From Veleropilina oligotropha (Eukaryota), in NCBI GenBank assembly GCA_048128005.1, contig JBEUKZ010000100.1, positions 186,001 to 250,000 on the forward strand: a stretch of 64,000 bases of DNA. Direction: 5' to 3'. The translations under genes were made by a program, and so were the position numbers. The notes beneath the pieces are model-generated. The model did not search any database. It was not told where the DNA came from and saw only the letters and a program-made list of their open reading frames with translations. Shown piece after piece: positions 30,101 to 45,100 of the stretch (position 1 is the first letter of the stretch; every line of letters begins with the position of its first letter).

Positions 30101-33100
30101 TTCATTAATTAAGCAAGATTTCCTGCCACCAGAGGCTACAGAGATAGATATGCACCCAGAGACTTAAGTAAATTAAATAATTCTCATTATTCGAACTTGA
30201 TCCATCCCATTATCACATTGTGGTTAGTTGGTCTGTGGAGTTTCAGAAAGCTAACATTTTTCTAAATGGAAAATTTAGTTGTGAGAAAATTGATAAATTT
30301 CATACATGCAAAGACTATGTTTTAAATCAGCAAAATTCAGCATTAAATCAAGCCTTGAAGGTTTAAAAATCCCCAAAATTTGAACTTGATCTACCCCTTG
30401 ATAGGGTTAATTGATCTGTAAAGTTTCAGAAAGCTAGCACCTCTGTAAATGAAATAAAGGCATGTGAGAAAATTGACCACATCCATGCTTGCAGAGAATA
30501 TGTATAAAATTGCCAAAAAATCCATCAATTTAAAAACAAGAACCACGGTCCGATATGTCTCGCCCTTTAAATATATATATCAATGTATCAGGAAATTCCA
30601 TTCAATGAAAAACTTTAACCGAAAAAACTTTAACCGAAAAAACTTTAACCGAAAATGACACGACGCTGACGACGCCGCCGGAAAATGTAATCCCTAAGTC
30701 TCGCTTTCCCTTCGGGGCGAGACAAAAACATTCCCCATATTCGAAAAGGAAAAAGGAAAGGATCAATGCTTATTGTCAGGATGTATATTTCCAACTTATT
30801 TAGGTTCAATTCCAAGACATGTCCGTATTATCGCGGGAGGAAAGCCCGCCCTCTTGGACCAGTTATGTAAAACTGTGATTCATAAATTGAACAAATAATT
30901 GACAACATCCATGCTGCCAGAAACTATATTCAATATCACGAAAAACCTAAAAAATTTCAAAATATATTCCCAATATTCGAACTTGATCTACCCAATGATG
31001 TGATTAATTGATTGGTAAAGTATCAGAAAGCTAGAAATTCTCAATATGAAAACAAGAAATTTGGCAGAATTATATGTCTCGCCCACCCCGGCTTACCTTG
31101 AAAGGGGCCACATATTCAGTTTGCAAAGCAAGAATTCAGAAGAACTAGATAACAAGTGATGGGGTGCCATCACAGTGGGCCCCGCTCCACCAATATAACT
31201 CGATAAACATTCACATGTGAGCAATAATTGTTATATATGCAAAAATAGAAGGTAAATTTACATTGACCATTTGATGAAGCTTATGCTGTTGATACTCCAA
31301 AATCATTATGCACTGGATATTTCCAACATAAAAGCTATACATGATGATATTGTGTCACAAACTGTTACCTCTCTCACCTTGATGTACCTGTAGTCAGAGA
31401 CAGACAGAAACTAAACATTAAATCATATGAAAAAATGAACTATTTAACACCAAATGGAAGCTTTAACCAAACACCTTAACCAAGATATTTTATGCAAAAT
31501 TCCCTCCAATATCCATTAAACATGTCAAATTCCTTTCAATAATACCACTACAGCATGTAGGAACATTCCCTTGTTCATTTATTAGCATACATATAGAGCT
31601 AAGTTTGTTAACAGAAGCGTTAACCTGAACCTTAACCAAATATGCAACGGAGCAGAAGCTTTAACCTGGCACATTAACCAAGTCATTTTCTATTAAATAT
31701 TCTGAAAAAAACAAGCCATTGACAAAAAAGTGACTTTATCAGGCAAAGTATATGAAAATAGTGAATTATTAATACCAAATAGAACGTTTAACCAAAACCA
31801 AACAGCTTATCCAAGATTTGTTATGCTAAATTCTCTCCTATGTCGATTAAACATGTGAAATTTACAAACAGCATATTAACTAAGATTTTTGCAGCTAAAT
31901 TATCTCCTATGCCAATTAAACATGTGAAAGTCCTTTCGCTAATCTCAATACAGCATGTAGGAACATTTCCTTGTTCATTTATTGCCATACATTCATATCA
32001 AATTATGTTAACAAAAGGTTTTTAACCTGGACCTTAACCAAATATGCAACGGACGAAAAAAGTGATCCCTACAGGGCTCCCTGACGGAGCTTTAATTATG
32101 TTTACAGAATGTTTAACCTTGGTTCCTGGACCTTAAGTAAATGTGTGACGGACGTATGGAAAAGATGATCACTATAGAGCTCAGACACTGACGGGGCCCT
32201 AATAACATTTATGATTCCACACACATTGACCATTTTATGAAGCTTGTATTGGCCATGGGATACAGCTTGCTCTTGATACTAGTATGATCAAGGACCCATT
32301 GGCTACTGCCAACAGGGAAGCTATGATATTAAATATATATAGCCCCACAACCTGTCACCTTAAGTCTCACGGCTTACTATACCTGTAGTAACAACTACAA
32401 GCCTAGAGCAAGTCTGACAGAGAGACAAATGACCGAAACAGATAGACATTGAAGATCAATAACGATTTTCTTTTCAATTAAATTTATAATTAAATTTAAA
32501 AATAAATTTAAAATTTGAAATGTAAAATTTCAATGTATCCATTAGATAACATTTACAGCTACCATGCATTACAAACATTTAAGTCTGTTAGAATATCAAA
32601 CATGGCCATAAAACTTTCAAAAATGCTTAGAAACTAAAACTTGGAATCTTAACCACACTATTTTCTTTTAAATTTCCCGATATAATTTTAAAAAATGAAT
32701 CCAATTGGTAACAATTACAATTACCTGTAATAAAACTGCTCCTTGAAATGATATTCAATCATTTAACATTGTAAAAACTGCTAAAAAACTTTCAAAAATG
32801 ATTCAATGAGAACCCTTAACCTGGTACCTTAACCAAACTATTTTCTTTTAAATTTACTGTTAAAAGTTAAAAAAAATAAATTCATTTGGTAACAGTTGCA
32901 AATACCTTTAATAAAAGTGCTCCTTGAAATGATAACCAAGCATTTAACTTTGTTAAAAAATCAAACCTGACCATAAAACTTTCAAAAATGCTTCAAGTTG
33001 AACCTTTAACCTGGTACCTTAACCATGAAAATTTCTAATAAATTCGTTCGATATCAACACTCCAGTTTCTGGAATTATCCATAATAATAATATTCAAAGA

Positions 33101-36100
33101 AGCCTGCGACAAAAAAGTGCCTTTATCAAGCAAATTATACGGAAAAAGTGAACCATTAATACCAAATAGAACGTTTAAGTTTAACCAAACAGCTTAACCA
33201 AGATTTTTGAACCTAAATTCTCTCCTATGTCAATTAAACATATGAAATTCCTTTCATTAATCTCAATACAGCATTTAGGAACATTCCCTTGTTCATTTAT
33301 TACCATACATTCATATCAAATTATGTTAACAGAAGGTTTAACCTGAACCTTAACCAAATGAGCATCGGACGGACGGACGGAAGGACGGACGGACGGACAA
33401 GGTGATCACTATAGGGCTCCCTAACGGGGCCCTAATAACTGCTAGAGACATGATGAAAATCAATCATGAAACTTCTTGATATATAAAAAAGATTTTTGTT
33501 TTTAATAATTTTTGTAATTTATTATTATTTTTAAAAAAATATGTATGCACTTTTTTCAGCTCATAAGGTTTGCACATGTGAAGTTTGAAGTTGAACTGAT
33601 GCTAGAGTGAAAAGATATATGGAAACAAAGCAAAATCTTAACACAGATTTAATGATTACTATGATGACAAAGTCATTGTACTATATAATATATGTTATAT
33701 AGACTAGTAATATTCAGCATCCGAAGCATTCATTTAACATCAGTACCCATGAAACATCTATTGTTATGTTGATCTAGATCTTATACTTTTGAGAAACAGA
33801 GCCAAACGCAAATCTTCAGAAATCAAACAAGTAGAAACTTTGACCTGGGACCTTAACCAGAAGATTGGGCAAATGAATCTTTAACCTGGGATCTTATTAG
33901 AAGATTGGGCAAATGAAACTCTACTGTGATCTTAACCTTAAGATTGAGCATATGGCACATTAACCTGGGACATTCACTGACCATGGGATAGTTTACTCTT
34001 GATCGGCATCATAGCATGATCAAAGAAGCTGTTGGATATTCCGAACAGGGAAGCTATATACAAGTATATAACCTCATAAACTATCACCTTAAGTCTCACT
34101 GCTTACTGTGCCTGTAGCATACACTACAAGCCTAGAGCAAGTCTGACAGAGAGACAAGTGATCGACTTTCACCAAAGTTATGTTTATATTTAAAAATAAT
34201 AAAAATAATAATTAAACAAGTGGTCGACATTCAATAAAGTTGTTTATATTTAAAAATCATAATTAATCCCAACTAGCATTGGTACCCGTCTTCGACGGGT
34301 AAGTCCCCCCACCCCAAATTTTTTTTTTTTTTTTTTGGATAGTGCTCCCTTAAATATTTATTTTTTTTCCCGAATTTTCCGAATTTTTTTCGTGGTAAAC
34401 CTTCCTTGGGGGACCCCGATTAACCCCCCAAAGTTTGAAGGTCCTAGGTCAAAGCGTCTGGGAGGAGTTCAACTTGAAACAGACAGACAGACACACACAC
34501 ATACATTATATGAAAAGATATAGTAAGATTTTTTTTTTTCCCGAATTTTCCGAATTTTTTTCGTGGTAAACCTTCCTTGGGGGACCCCGATTAACCCCCC
34601 AAAGTTTGAAGGTCCTAGGTCAAAGCGTCTGGGAGGAGTTCAACTTGAAACAGACAGACAGACACGCATACTATAGCTCCATTATATGAAGAGATATAGT
34701 AAAAAAAAAAATTTTTCCCGAATTTTCCGAATTTTTTTCGTGGTAAACCTTCCTTGGGGGACCCCGATTAACCCCCCAAAGTTTGAAGGTCCTAGGTCAA
34801 AGCGTCTGGGAGGAGTTCAACTTGAAACAGACAGACAGACACACACACATACATTATATGAAAAGATATAGTAAGATTTTTTTTTTTTCCCGAATTTTCC
34901 GAATTTTTTTCGTGGTAAACCTTCCTTGGGGGACCCCGATTAACCCCCCAAAGTTTGAAGGTCCTAGGTCAAAGCGTCTGGGAGGAGTTCAACTTGAAAC
35001 AGACAGACAGACACGCATACTATAGCTCAATTATATGAAGAGATATAGTAAAAAAAAAAAAATTTCCCGAATTTTCCGAATTTTTTTCGTGGTAAACCTT
35101 CCTTGGGGGACCCCGATTAACCCCCCAAAGTTTGAAGGTCCTAGGTCAAAGCGTCTGGGAGGAGTTCAACTTGAAACAGACAGACAGACACACACACATA
35201 CAATTATAGCTCCATTATATTAAGATGGAACCTTACTTAACCAAGGTAATTTGAATCAAATTCCATTAAGTAAAGCCTATTAATAGTAGTTGAGTACCTA
35301 CTCTTCTTTATTTATTTATTGTCTATTATTTATACTTTGCTACATCAACAGATTGGGCAGAAACTTTGACCTGGGACCTTAACCTTAAGATTGAGCAAAT
35401 GAAAGAATGTGCAGGTCGGAAGGACGGACGGACGGAAAAGGTGATCACTATAGGCCTCCCTGCGGGGCCTAACTACCTATGCAGTGCTGATCCTAATATA
35501 GTTATTGTAAGACGAAGTTTCAGAGAAACAGAAATAAAGACAAAATCTTATTATTATATCGAGATTAAATATATTTGCAGCAGCTAAACCACGACAAAAT
35601 CATAGTACACGTATCCCGCCTATTGTCAGGGGACACAATTACTTGAACCTTGACCAGCTGAGGAGAGTGATATTAGACACTGGATACAGTCTGTTCTTGT
35701 AATGACAATATACACTGCCATCTCAAGGTACCCATGGAATAAACCAGTGGGGAAGCCAGTTTTCAAAATCCATCTGATTTTGAGAATCCCAGCTTCACAT
35801 AGTGACCATTAAGCTTAACAGCTTACTGTGCCTATTGGCAGTGAGCAAGTCTTACAGATAAGCACATGTCCCTTTCATCATACACACATAAGACTTACAA
35901 AAATATCTCTGTTTCTTTTCTATCCTCAATATTTCAAGGCATAATTAAACTTGGTGTATGCACAGCGAAAATAAATCATGTAACATTTTCATTAAAAAAT
36001 GTGAACAAATCTGGAGGATTAACATGTTTAACAGGTTTTAACATGTGAAGTTTAATGTTGAACTGATGTATGTTGTAGTGGAGAGATATCAATATATCAT

Positions 36101-39100
36101 CTGGAAACAATAATTCAAAACCTTCACACAATAATTAAACTTTGGGGGGGTGGAGTGGTGAGCATGAGGGGGGGGGTGGGTGGGGGGGGAAAAGCAATAC
36201 CTATGTCTCGTTCCCTACGGGTGAGACAACATGATCAAACGTCCTGAAAAGTCACCCAAAAACCCATGTTTTCAAAATACATGTCCAATATTCGAACTTG
36301 ATCTACCCAATGATGTGGTTAGTTCATCTGTAAAATTTCGGAAAGCTCGCATTTCTCTAAATGGCAAAAAAAGATGTGAGAAAATCCTGGACGGACGGAC
36401 GGACGTGATGGACGGATGTAGATACTATGTCCCCCGTCCTCCCGATAGGCGATGGGGGACAATAATATTTTTAAGTCATGTTTTAGGGGAGGATTTATGT
36501 TCCAGGTGTCAAAGGTATTTATCTGACCATATGCAAATGGTCAGAACATACGGGGCATGTGCCTGCCATATGCCGTCCAATCAGAGATGTTTAGTGCAGC
36601 ATCAAGGTGACACAGACTCGCTACCTACCATCCAGGGTTGCCCCGGTGGCCATCAAGTTGGCACATACTCAGTACCTACCATCCAGGGTTGCCCTGGTGG
36701 CCATCAAGGTGGCATATACTCAGTACCTACCATCCAGGGTTGCCCCGGTTGCAATCAAGGTGGCACATACTCAATACCTACCATCCAGGGTTGCCCGGTG
36801 GCCATCAAGGTAGCACATACTCAGTACCTACCATCCAGGGTTGCCCGGTCGTCATCAAGGTAGCACATACTCAGTACCTACCATCCAGGGTTGCCCCGAT
36901 GGCCATGTGCATAAGAGCGTTGCTGCAAATTCACTGGTACTGACTTTTCTGACACCTGATCTATCCGGTCAAAAACATTTCAGAGTAAATAGTCCCTGTG
37001 TTCCATGTCTGGCAAAAATTCTCGTGTTTGGTTTGACACTAATATTGAGCTGCATGGTCTGGTGTGGTGTTAAATGTGACAATAAACTCATAACCTACCT
37101 TCCATCGAACGTCCGCATATGCGGATCGTTGAGAGACTGGCACATGGAGGACGTGTCTCTGTCAACAACCGATACCTAAATGAGAGGAAGAGTACATTAG
37201 ATGCGCACACCGAAGACTAAATATATTGTTGGTAAATAATGAAATTTGACATATTTTATATATATATACTAATTAATACAAATTTGAGAAAGGATGACAA
37301 GGATTTTGGAAACAAAATGTGGATTAAGGTATATGCTCAAAACATCTGCAGATATTCTGATATTATGATAAATGAGCGTAGTAAATGATTCTTTGCTATA
37401 TTATAATAACAAAGTTATTACGTAGGTATAAAATATATAAATTAGTATTCATTTAGCATAAATTTATGTTTCCAGAGTAAAATATTTCCACAGACAAAAG
37501 GAATTATCATCACTCTTTACAAAGATATGGTACTCATGATATGGTTATTTCATGAGCAATGGTATTATATAATCATTACGTAAGTAATCGTTGATTTTCA
37601 TTGACGTGAATACCATCATGTGTCAATATCGCTTTCAGAAATGCTGGATACGAAATGTGTTTCGTATCATGAGAACATCCTAGCCAAAATCTTTCAGGCG
37701 TAAACACCTTTCATGAATTCGTCAGGATATATTATGCTTTCTCGACGATATACACTTCCTTTGACAAACCATCCAATATCCTCTTTGCATCGAGCATTTA
37801 CAAGTGCCCTTACAGTTACTGATTCATTTAGTATTCACGTAACTGATTCTGATTTGTATTTAGCATGGGTTGGGTGATATTGTGTAATTACAGTAACTGA
37901 TTCAGTCTATAGTATTCAGCATTGGGTGAGGTGATATTGTGCACTTACGGTAACTGATTCAGTGAAGCCTAGTTCTGTAATCGCGGTCTCGCAATTGAGC
38001 CTTGAGTCGATGTCCAGAATCCTGTCGAGGGTGCCGTCTTTGATGAAATCAACCGTAGCTTTGACTGCTATTTCTAAGCCGTTGATCCAGTTTTCCATGG
38101 TAATGATTTGCTGACAAGCTTGATAGTCATCGTTATCATAGGCCACGGTGACCTGAGAGAGGTTTAATCCTGTAGGACACTGACGTTGCTCCACGTACTG
38201 AAACTGGGTGGATAATTCAACCAGATTCGTAGAGTTTCTACTCTCCACTGGACACAGCAGCCGGGGAGGAACGCTCGACATCACCGTGATTATTCCGGGC
38301 GGACCGCCCTCATAGACATTTATGTTGTATTCGTCAATCTAAAATAAAAGACAATGCTTTCAGTTTCAGAAAAGTATAACAAGAGTGCCAGGTCACAATA
38401 TACGCTCATCTCAATGTTCTATATCGTTTGCACAATAATGAAGCATATTCGCATGAACACTGTGGGCACTGCGTATTATGTCAATTTTGCATATTTCAAG
38501 GGTACAACTCTGGTTCTAACGGTCCGATGACATTGTCTATCGAACTTGACCTAGATATTATTGCTACAAACATCTTTACCACGTTTGGTGAAGTATGAAT
38601 AAAAATTACTTGAGTTATCAAGTGAACATGTCATATTTACATAATTCAATGACCATATCTCTAGTTCTAACGGTCCGATGACATTGTCTATCGAACTTGA
38701 CCTAGATATTATTGCTACAAACATCTTTACCACGTTTGGTGAAGTATGAATAAAAATTACTTGAGTTATCAAGTGAACATGTCATATTTACATAATTCAA
38801 TGACCATATCTCTAGTTCTAATAGTCCAATGACGCTGGCTATCGAACTTGACCTACATATTATCGCTACAAACATCTTTACCAAGTTGGTTGAAGAATGA
38901 ACAAAAATTGCTCGAGTTATCAAGTGGACACTGTGTATTATGTCAATTTTGCATATTTCAATGGGCATAACTCTGGTTCTAACGGTCCGTTGACGTTGTT
39001 TATCAAACTTGGCCTAGATATTATTGGTACCAACATCTTTACCAAGTTTGGAATGAATAAAAATTGCTCGAGTTACCGAGCAGACGTGTCAATTTTTACA

Positions 39101-42100
39101 TAATTCAAGGGCCATAACTCTAGTTGTAAAGGTCCGATGGCGCTGGCTATCGAACTTGACCTAGATATTATCGCTACCAAAGCATCTTTACCATGTTTGG
39201 TGAATGAATAAAAATTGCTAGATTTATTGAGCGGACACTGTCCATATGTCAATTTTGTATATTTCAAGGGCCATAAATCTAGTTCTAACGGTCCGATGAC
39301 GCTGGCTGTCGAAATTGACCTAGACATTATCGCTATAAACATCTTTACCAAGTTTGGTTAAGATTGGATATTATCGCTATAAACATCTTTACCAAGTTTG
39401 GTTAAGATTGGATGAAAATTACTACTGTAACAGTTATTGAGCGGACTTCTATCCGCCCGCTCAATTGCAACGTTGGTGAAAACAGTACGTCCCGCCGCCC
39501 AATTGGAACATTGGTGAAAACAGTACATCCCGTAAACGGGCGTTTAAAAACAAACACACTTTGGTCTTGAAGACAAGAGCAAAGTTTGAAATAGTTCTCA
39601 TGCACGAAACTTCACATCAATCGCTTGCATTTCAAGAGAACTGTCAGCATTCAGTGGTAGATGACATTGAAATAGACATATAAAGCATACCATAAAGTCA
39701 AAGATTGCCCATGGTTGTATATAGAGCAAAATTTTCATGAGCAAAAGTGGCATTTTATAGGTAAAATTTCAATTACATTGCCTTCAAAATTACTATTCTA
39801 GGGTTAGATGACAATGAAATAGTAATATATGACAAAGAATGATGCCAAAATATGCCTATTGTTGCATACATATAGCATGCTTGAGAACGTTAACACAAAA
39901 CTTTAACAGAAGAGCCAATTGTTGACGCCGGCTGGACAGACGACATGCTCATTACATAGAGCCGTATTTGTATTGCATGTGAGCCAATACAAACCAGAGT
40001 GTCTTATCATGTCTGCTAATTTAAGAACAAATTAAATTATTTTTATTTAAAAATTTAGAACAGTAACCAGTGGGTAGAATTTAATAAAACACCCGTCAGA
40101 TATGTGCAACAACTCAGTATTAGTCGAGGCACCATGTCTGCGTACTCTGACACTTTGGTGGAGTGTGACGACGAGGATAAATGACAATTTTCAAAATGGC
40201 GGTCAATTAGAAAATTGGACAATCACATTTTTCAATTCGAATGAACTACAGAACATACCCACACAACACTGAAGGTCCTGTGTCAATAGACCATACAGTT
40301 GTGGAGATATAAGATTTAACAAAATGCCCGGACATCTTGTATATAGGACGACACCAAATTTCCATTGGAACCAACTGAAGATGATGCTGATGCAGACTGT
40401 GAGGGCACTGCCACTTTTGAGGAGTTTCAATAACAAACAATGTTCTCCCTGGTGGTCATTTTGCAAATCTGACGACAACCATTTAGAACAAGTGATTGCC
40501 ACTAAGTGGCGATTGTCCCCCGCCCGTATTATTGACCACATATATATTTTTGCCGCTGTGTATTCAGTAACTCAATGAGAATTCATTAATTAAGCAAGAT
40601 TTCCTGCCACCAGAGGCTACAGAGATAAATATGCACACAGACTAAGTGTAAATACTTCAAGTAAATTAAATAATTATCATTATTCAAACTTTATCCATCC
40701 CATTATCACATTGTGGTTAGTTGGTCTGTGAAGTTTCAGATAAAATTTATAAATTCCATACATGCAGAGACTATATAGCTATGTTTTAAATCAACAAAAT
40801 TCAGCAATAAATAAAGGTTTCAAAAAATCCCCAATATTTGAACTCGATCTACCCCTTGATGGGGATAGTTGATCTGTAAAGTTTCAGAAAGCTAACATCT
40901 CTGTAAATATTGACCACATCCATGCTTGCAGAGACTATGTACAAAATCGCCAAAAAATCCATAAATTTAAAACAACATTCCCCATATTCGAAAAGGAAAA
41001 AAGGAAAGGATAAATGCTGTATATTTCCAACTTATTTAGATTCAAACCAGGACAAACCGTATTATCGCGGGAGGAAAACTGTGTATGCGCAGCGAAAATA
41101 AATCATGCCAAAAAATATTTTAGGGGGAGGGGCAAGGGTGAGGTGGAGCAAATCTGAAGGATTAACATATTTAACAGGTTTATACACATGAAGTTTAAAA
41201 TTGAACTGATGTACATTGTAGTGGAGAGATCAATATATCATCTGGAAGCAATTGCAATACGCAAAACCTTAACGCAATAATTAAACTTGGGGGGGGGGGG
41301 TGAGCATGAGGGTGGGGGTGAGCATGATGGGAGGGGGGGGGGGGCTAAGGCGAGACAAATATTGTTCAAAACTCTTGAAAAGTCACCAAAAATCCCATAT
41401 GTTTTTAAAATAATTTCACAATATTCGAAATTGATATACCCAATAGTGTGGTTGGTAAATCTGTAAAGTTTCAGAAAGCTAGTATATCTCTAAATGGAAA
41501 AACAAAATGCGAGAAATTGACCATACCATGCTTCCAGAGGCTATGTTCAAATTCACAGAAAAGTCACAAAAAAACAAAAGTTTGCAAAATATATTCCCAA
41601 TAATCGAACATGATCTACCCAATGATGAGTTCATCTGTAAAGTTTCGGAAAGCTCACATTTCCCTAATTAAAAAAAGATTTGAGAAAAATACCACATCCA
41701 TGTTTCAAGATACTATGTTCAAAATTGCTGAAAAGTCGCCAAAAAAACAGAAGTTTTCAATATAAATTTCCAATATTCGAACTTGATCTACCCAATGATG
41801 TGGTTAGCTCATCTGTAAAGTTTTGGAAAGCTCGCATTTCCCTAAATAGCAAAAAAAGATGTGAGAATATCCGGACATACGGATGGATGGACGGAAGCAC
41901 GGAGGCGGATTCTATGTCCCCCGTCCGCCCGATAGGCGGCGGGGGACAATAACTTAAAGGATGCATCCATTAGCACTGTTTCAGTGAACGTCCCATGACA
42001 ATAAACGTAGCTTGCTGTTTTAGGAAAAGCGATATTAAGATTTTCAAAATGGCCACAGTGGAAGCAATCATTAATGGTGGATGGCTCTAAATTTCGATTA

Positions 42101-45100
42101 GCACCAACTACAGATGGGGTCCATAGTTTCAACCAGTTAAGATCACATGTCTATGTGCCCTGCCACTTTGGATTAGTGATGACCATGATTTTAACTTAGT
42201 GTCACCTTATGCACCCATTACAACAGTCCCGAGTCAATATGCCTTGAGCACCATTCTGAAGGAATTTAAAATAACCACTGTGACGACCAACTTGAATGTC
42301 AGAAGCCTCCGAATTTCATTTAGGACTTGGTTAATTATACAGATATAGTCAAGCAATCTGGTGTAGATCCATGTCTCGTCACCTTGGAGAAGCATCGATA
42401 ATTAAAAAATTAACGAACCACGGCCGTTAAGCCATTACATAACCGGTATACATATATGTTCATGTATATACACCATCTCATGACAGCTGAAATGCTAACA
42501 AGAAGACTAAGCCATCAATATCGCATGCAATGGTACATTCACAATTACTATATTATTATATATATGCTGTATGTTCTTGAAACTGCAATGGGATAAGCGC
42601 AATATCATTGTTTTAAATAATGACAAGGGCCATAACGCCGACATTAATCATCACACAATGTCAAAATTATGAAAATAGACAACCGCAGAGCTGTCGGGAA
42701 CCCCAGCCTTATATAGCAATTGGAAAGCCATATAAAATCTGTGATCTTGACTTTGCCAGTAACAGTGGTTAAATAATGTGCTAGCTGTCCATCATGTAGA
42801 AATTTGGATGTAACAATAATAAAAAATTCAGAAATAAAAGAAATGTCTAAATATGGAAAATGTTGTCAAAATCAATGGTCGTACATGGAAAATTATGTCA
42901 TAGCGCACTAGGGTAGCTCAAGGAGGGTTAGAATATTAAATTTCAATAAGGTGGCAAGTATAGTAACCGAGATATTGTTCAGACAAAACTTGCATAGTGT
43001 ATTTTGTGTCAAAGGTAACAACGGCAAGATCAAAGGTCGCACACGGAAAATTATATCGCCATGCGCTAGGGTTACTCAAGGTAAGTTACCACACCAAGTT
43101 TCGTCAATCTGGCATACGTACATGCCGAGATATGTTCCGGACAAAAGCTATATTTTATATTTGGGGAAGGTCACAACGACAAGGTCAAAGGTCACTCATG
43201 GAACATTATGTTGCCATGCGCAAGGGTGGGTCAAGGTAAGTTAATATATAAAAGTAAATCAAGGAGGAATATATAGTAGCCGAAATATGGACCGGACACG
43301 GACAAAACTTGCATCCTGGATTTTGTGTCAAAGGTCACAATGGCAAGGTCAAAGGTCGCACCCAGAAAATTATATCACAACGCGCTAGGGTAGATCATGG
43401 TAAGTTAGCATACCAAGTTTCATCAAGCTGACATGCACACAAGCCGATATATGTTCCGGACAAAAGCTTTATTCCATATATTTGGGGAAGGTCACAACGG
43501 CAAGGTCAAAGGTCGCTTACAGAAAATTATGGCGCCATGTGCAAGGATGGATCAAGGCAAGTTAATATACAAAAGTAAATCAAGGTGGCATATATAGTAG
43601 CCGAGATATGGACCACACAAAACTTGCATCCTGGATTTTGTGTCAAAGGTCAAAACGGCAAGGTCAAAGGTCGCACACGGAAAATTATATCGCAATGCGC
43701 TAGGGTAGGTCATGGCAAGTTAATTAGCATACCAAGTTTCATCAAGCTGACATGCACACAAGCCGAGATATGTACCGGACAAAAACTTTATTCTATATTT
43801 GAGGAAGGTCACAACGGCAAGGTCAAAGGTCGCTCACGGAAAAATTATGTCGCCACACGCAAGGATAGGTCATGGCAAGTTAATATACACAAGTAAATCA
43901 AGGTGGCATATATAGTAACCGAGATATGGACCGGACAAAACTTGCATCCTGGATTTTGTGTCAAAGGTCACAACGGCAAGGTCAAAGGTCGCACATGGAA
44001 AATAATAGCGCCACGCACTAGGGTAGGACATGGTAAGTTATCATATCAAGCTGACATGCACACAAGCCGAGATATGTTCCGGACAAAAGCTTTATTCTCT
44101 ATTTGAGGAAGGTCACAACGCCAAGGTCAAAGGTCGCTCACGGAAAATTATGTCGCCACGTGCCAGGATGGGTCATGGCAAGTTAATATACAAAAGTAAA
44201 TCAAGGTGGCATATATAGTAACCGAGATATGGACTGGACAAAACTTGCATCCTGGATTTTGTGTCAAAGGTCACAACGGCAAGGTCAAAGGTTGCACACG
44301 CACTAGGGTAGGTCATGGTAAGTTAGCATACCAAGTTTCATCAAGCTGACTTGCATACAAGCCGAGATATGATCTGGACAAATCCTCCGTCCACCCACCC
44401 ATCCATCCATCTGCCCGCCTCGGGCGATGACAATAACCCCAGCATTTTTTTAGGCTGGGGTTAAAAAGGCACCAGTTGAGTTAACCAACTACTGAATACA
44501 CCCCACAAGTTTCGTAATAATACGTCAATCACTTATGAGATATAGTTGGGAATAACAAGTTTAAAGCAAGGGAGATAACTCTGTTAATAATTGCCAGAAA
44601 ACGTCAAAATTAGCAAAAGGCACCAGTTCACCAACTGCTTAATACACCCACCAAATTGCATAAAGTTATGTCAAGCGGTTTATGAGATACACTTCGGAAA
44701 GGAGAACATTAATAAAGTTACACGAAGGGCAATAACTCTGTTAATAATCGCAGAACTTCGAATCTAACGAAAGGCACCAGTTCACTGACTACTTAACCTC
44801 CTTTCCTACTGACTTCTGGGGACCATTTATATACACGTTAGATACTAACAATTTTGTAGTAAATGTTGTAGTAAACCCGAATAAACCATATATATCCTGC
44901 AAGTGTATTAGTTGTTCTTCAAAGTGGAACCCAGAAAATATGCAAATCAGGTCACATGACCTCATTATATATTGAAAATGGCGTCCTAAAAGGTTCAGAA
45001 TTCTACATATTTTGACTTTGGCAACTGATGATGTAACTTATGGTGTGATATATGATGAAATTTATCTTTTTAGCATAAATATGGGGATCTCATCTTCAAA

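Noticed and set aside
36231..37179. Plus-strand ORFs of 68-210 aa with PTIQGCPGGHQ repeats
   Set aside because: Translations of a 51-bp tandem repeat and adjacent transposon sequence, antisense within an intron
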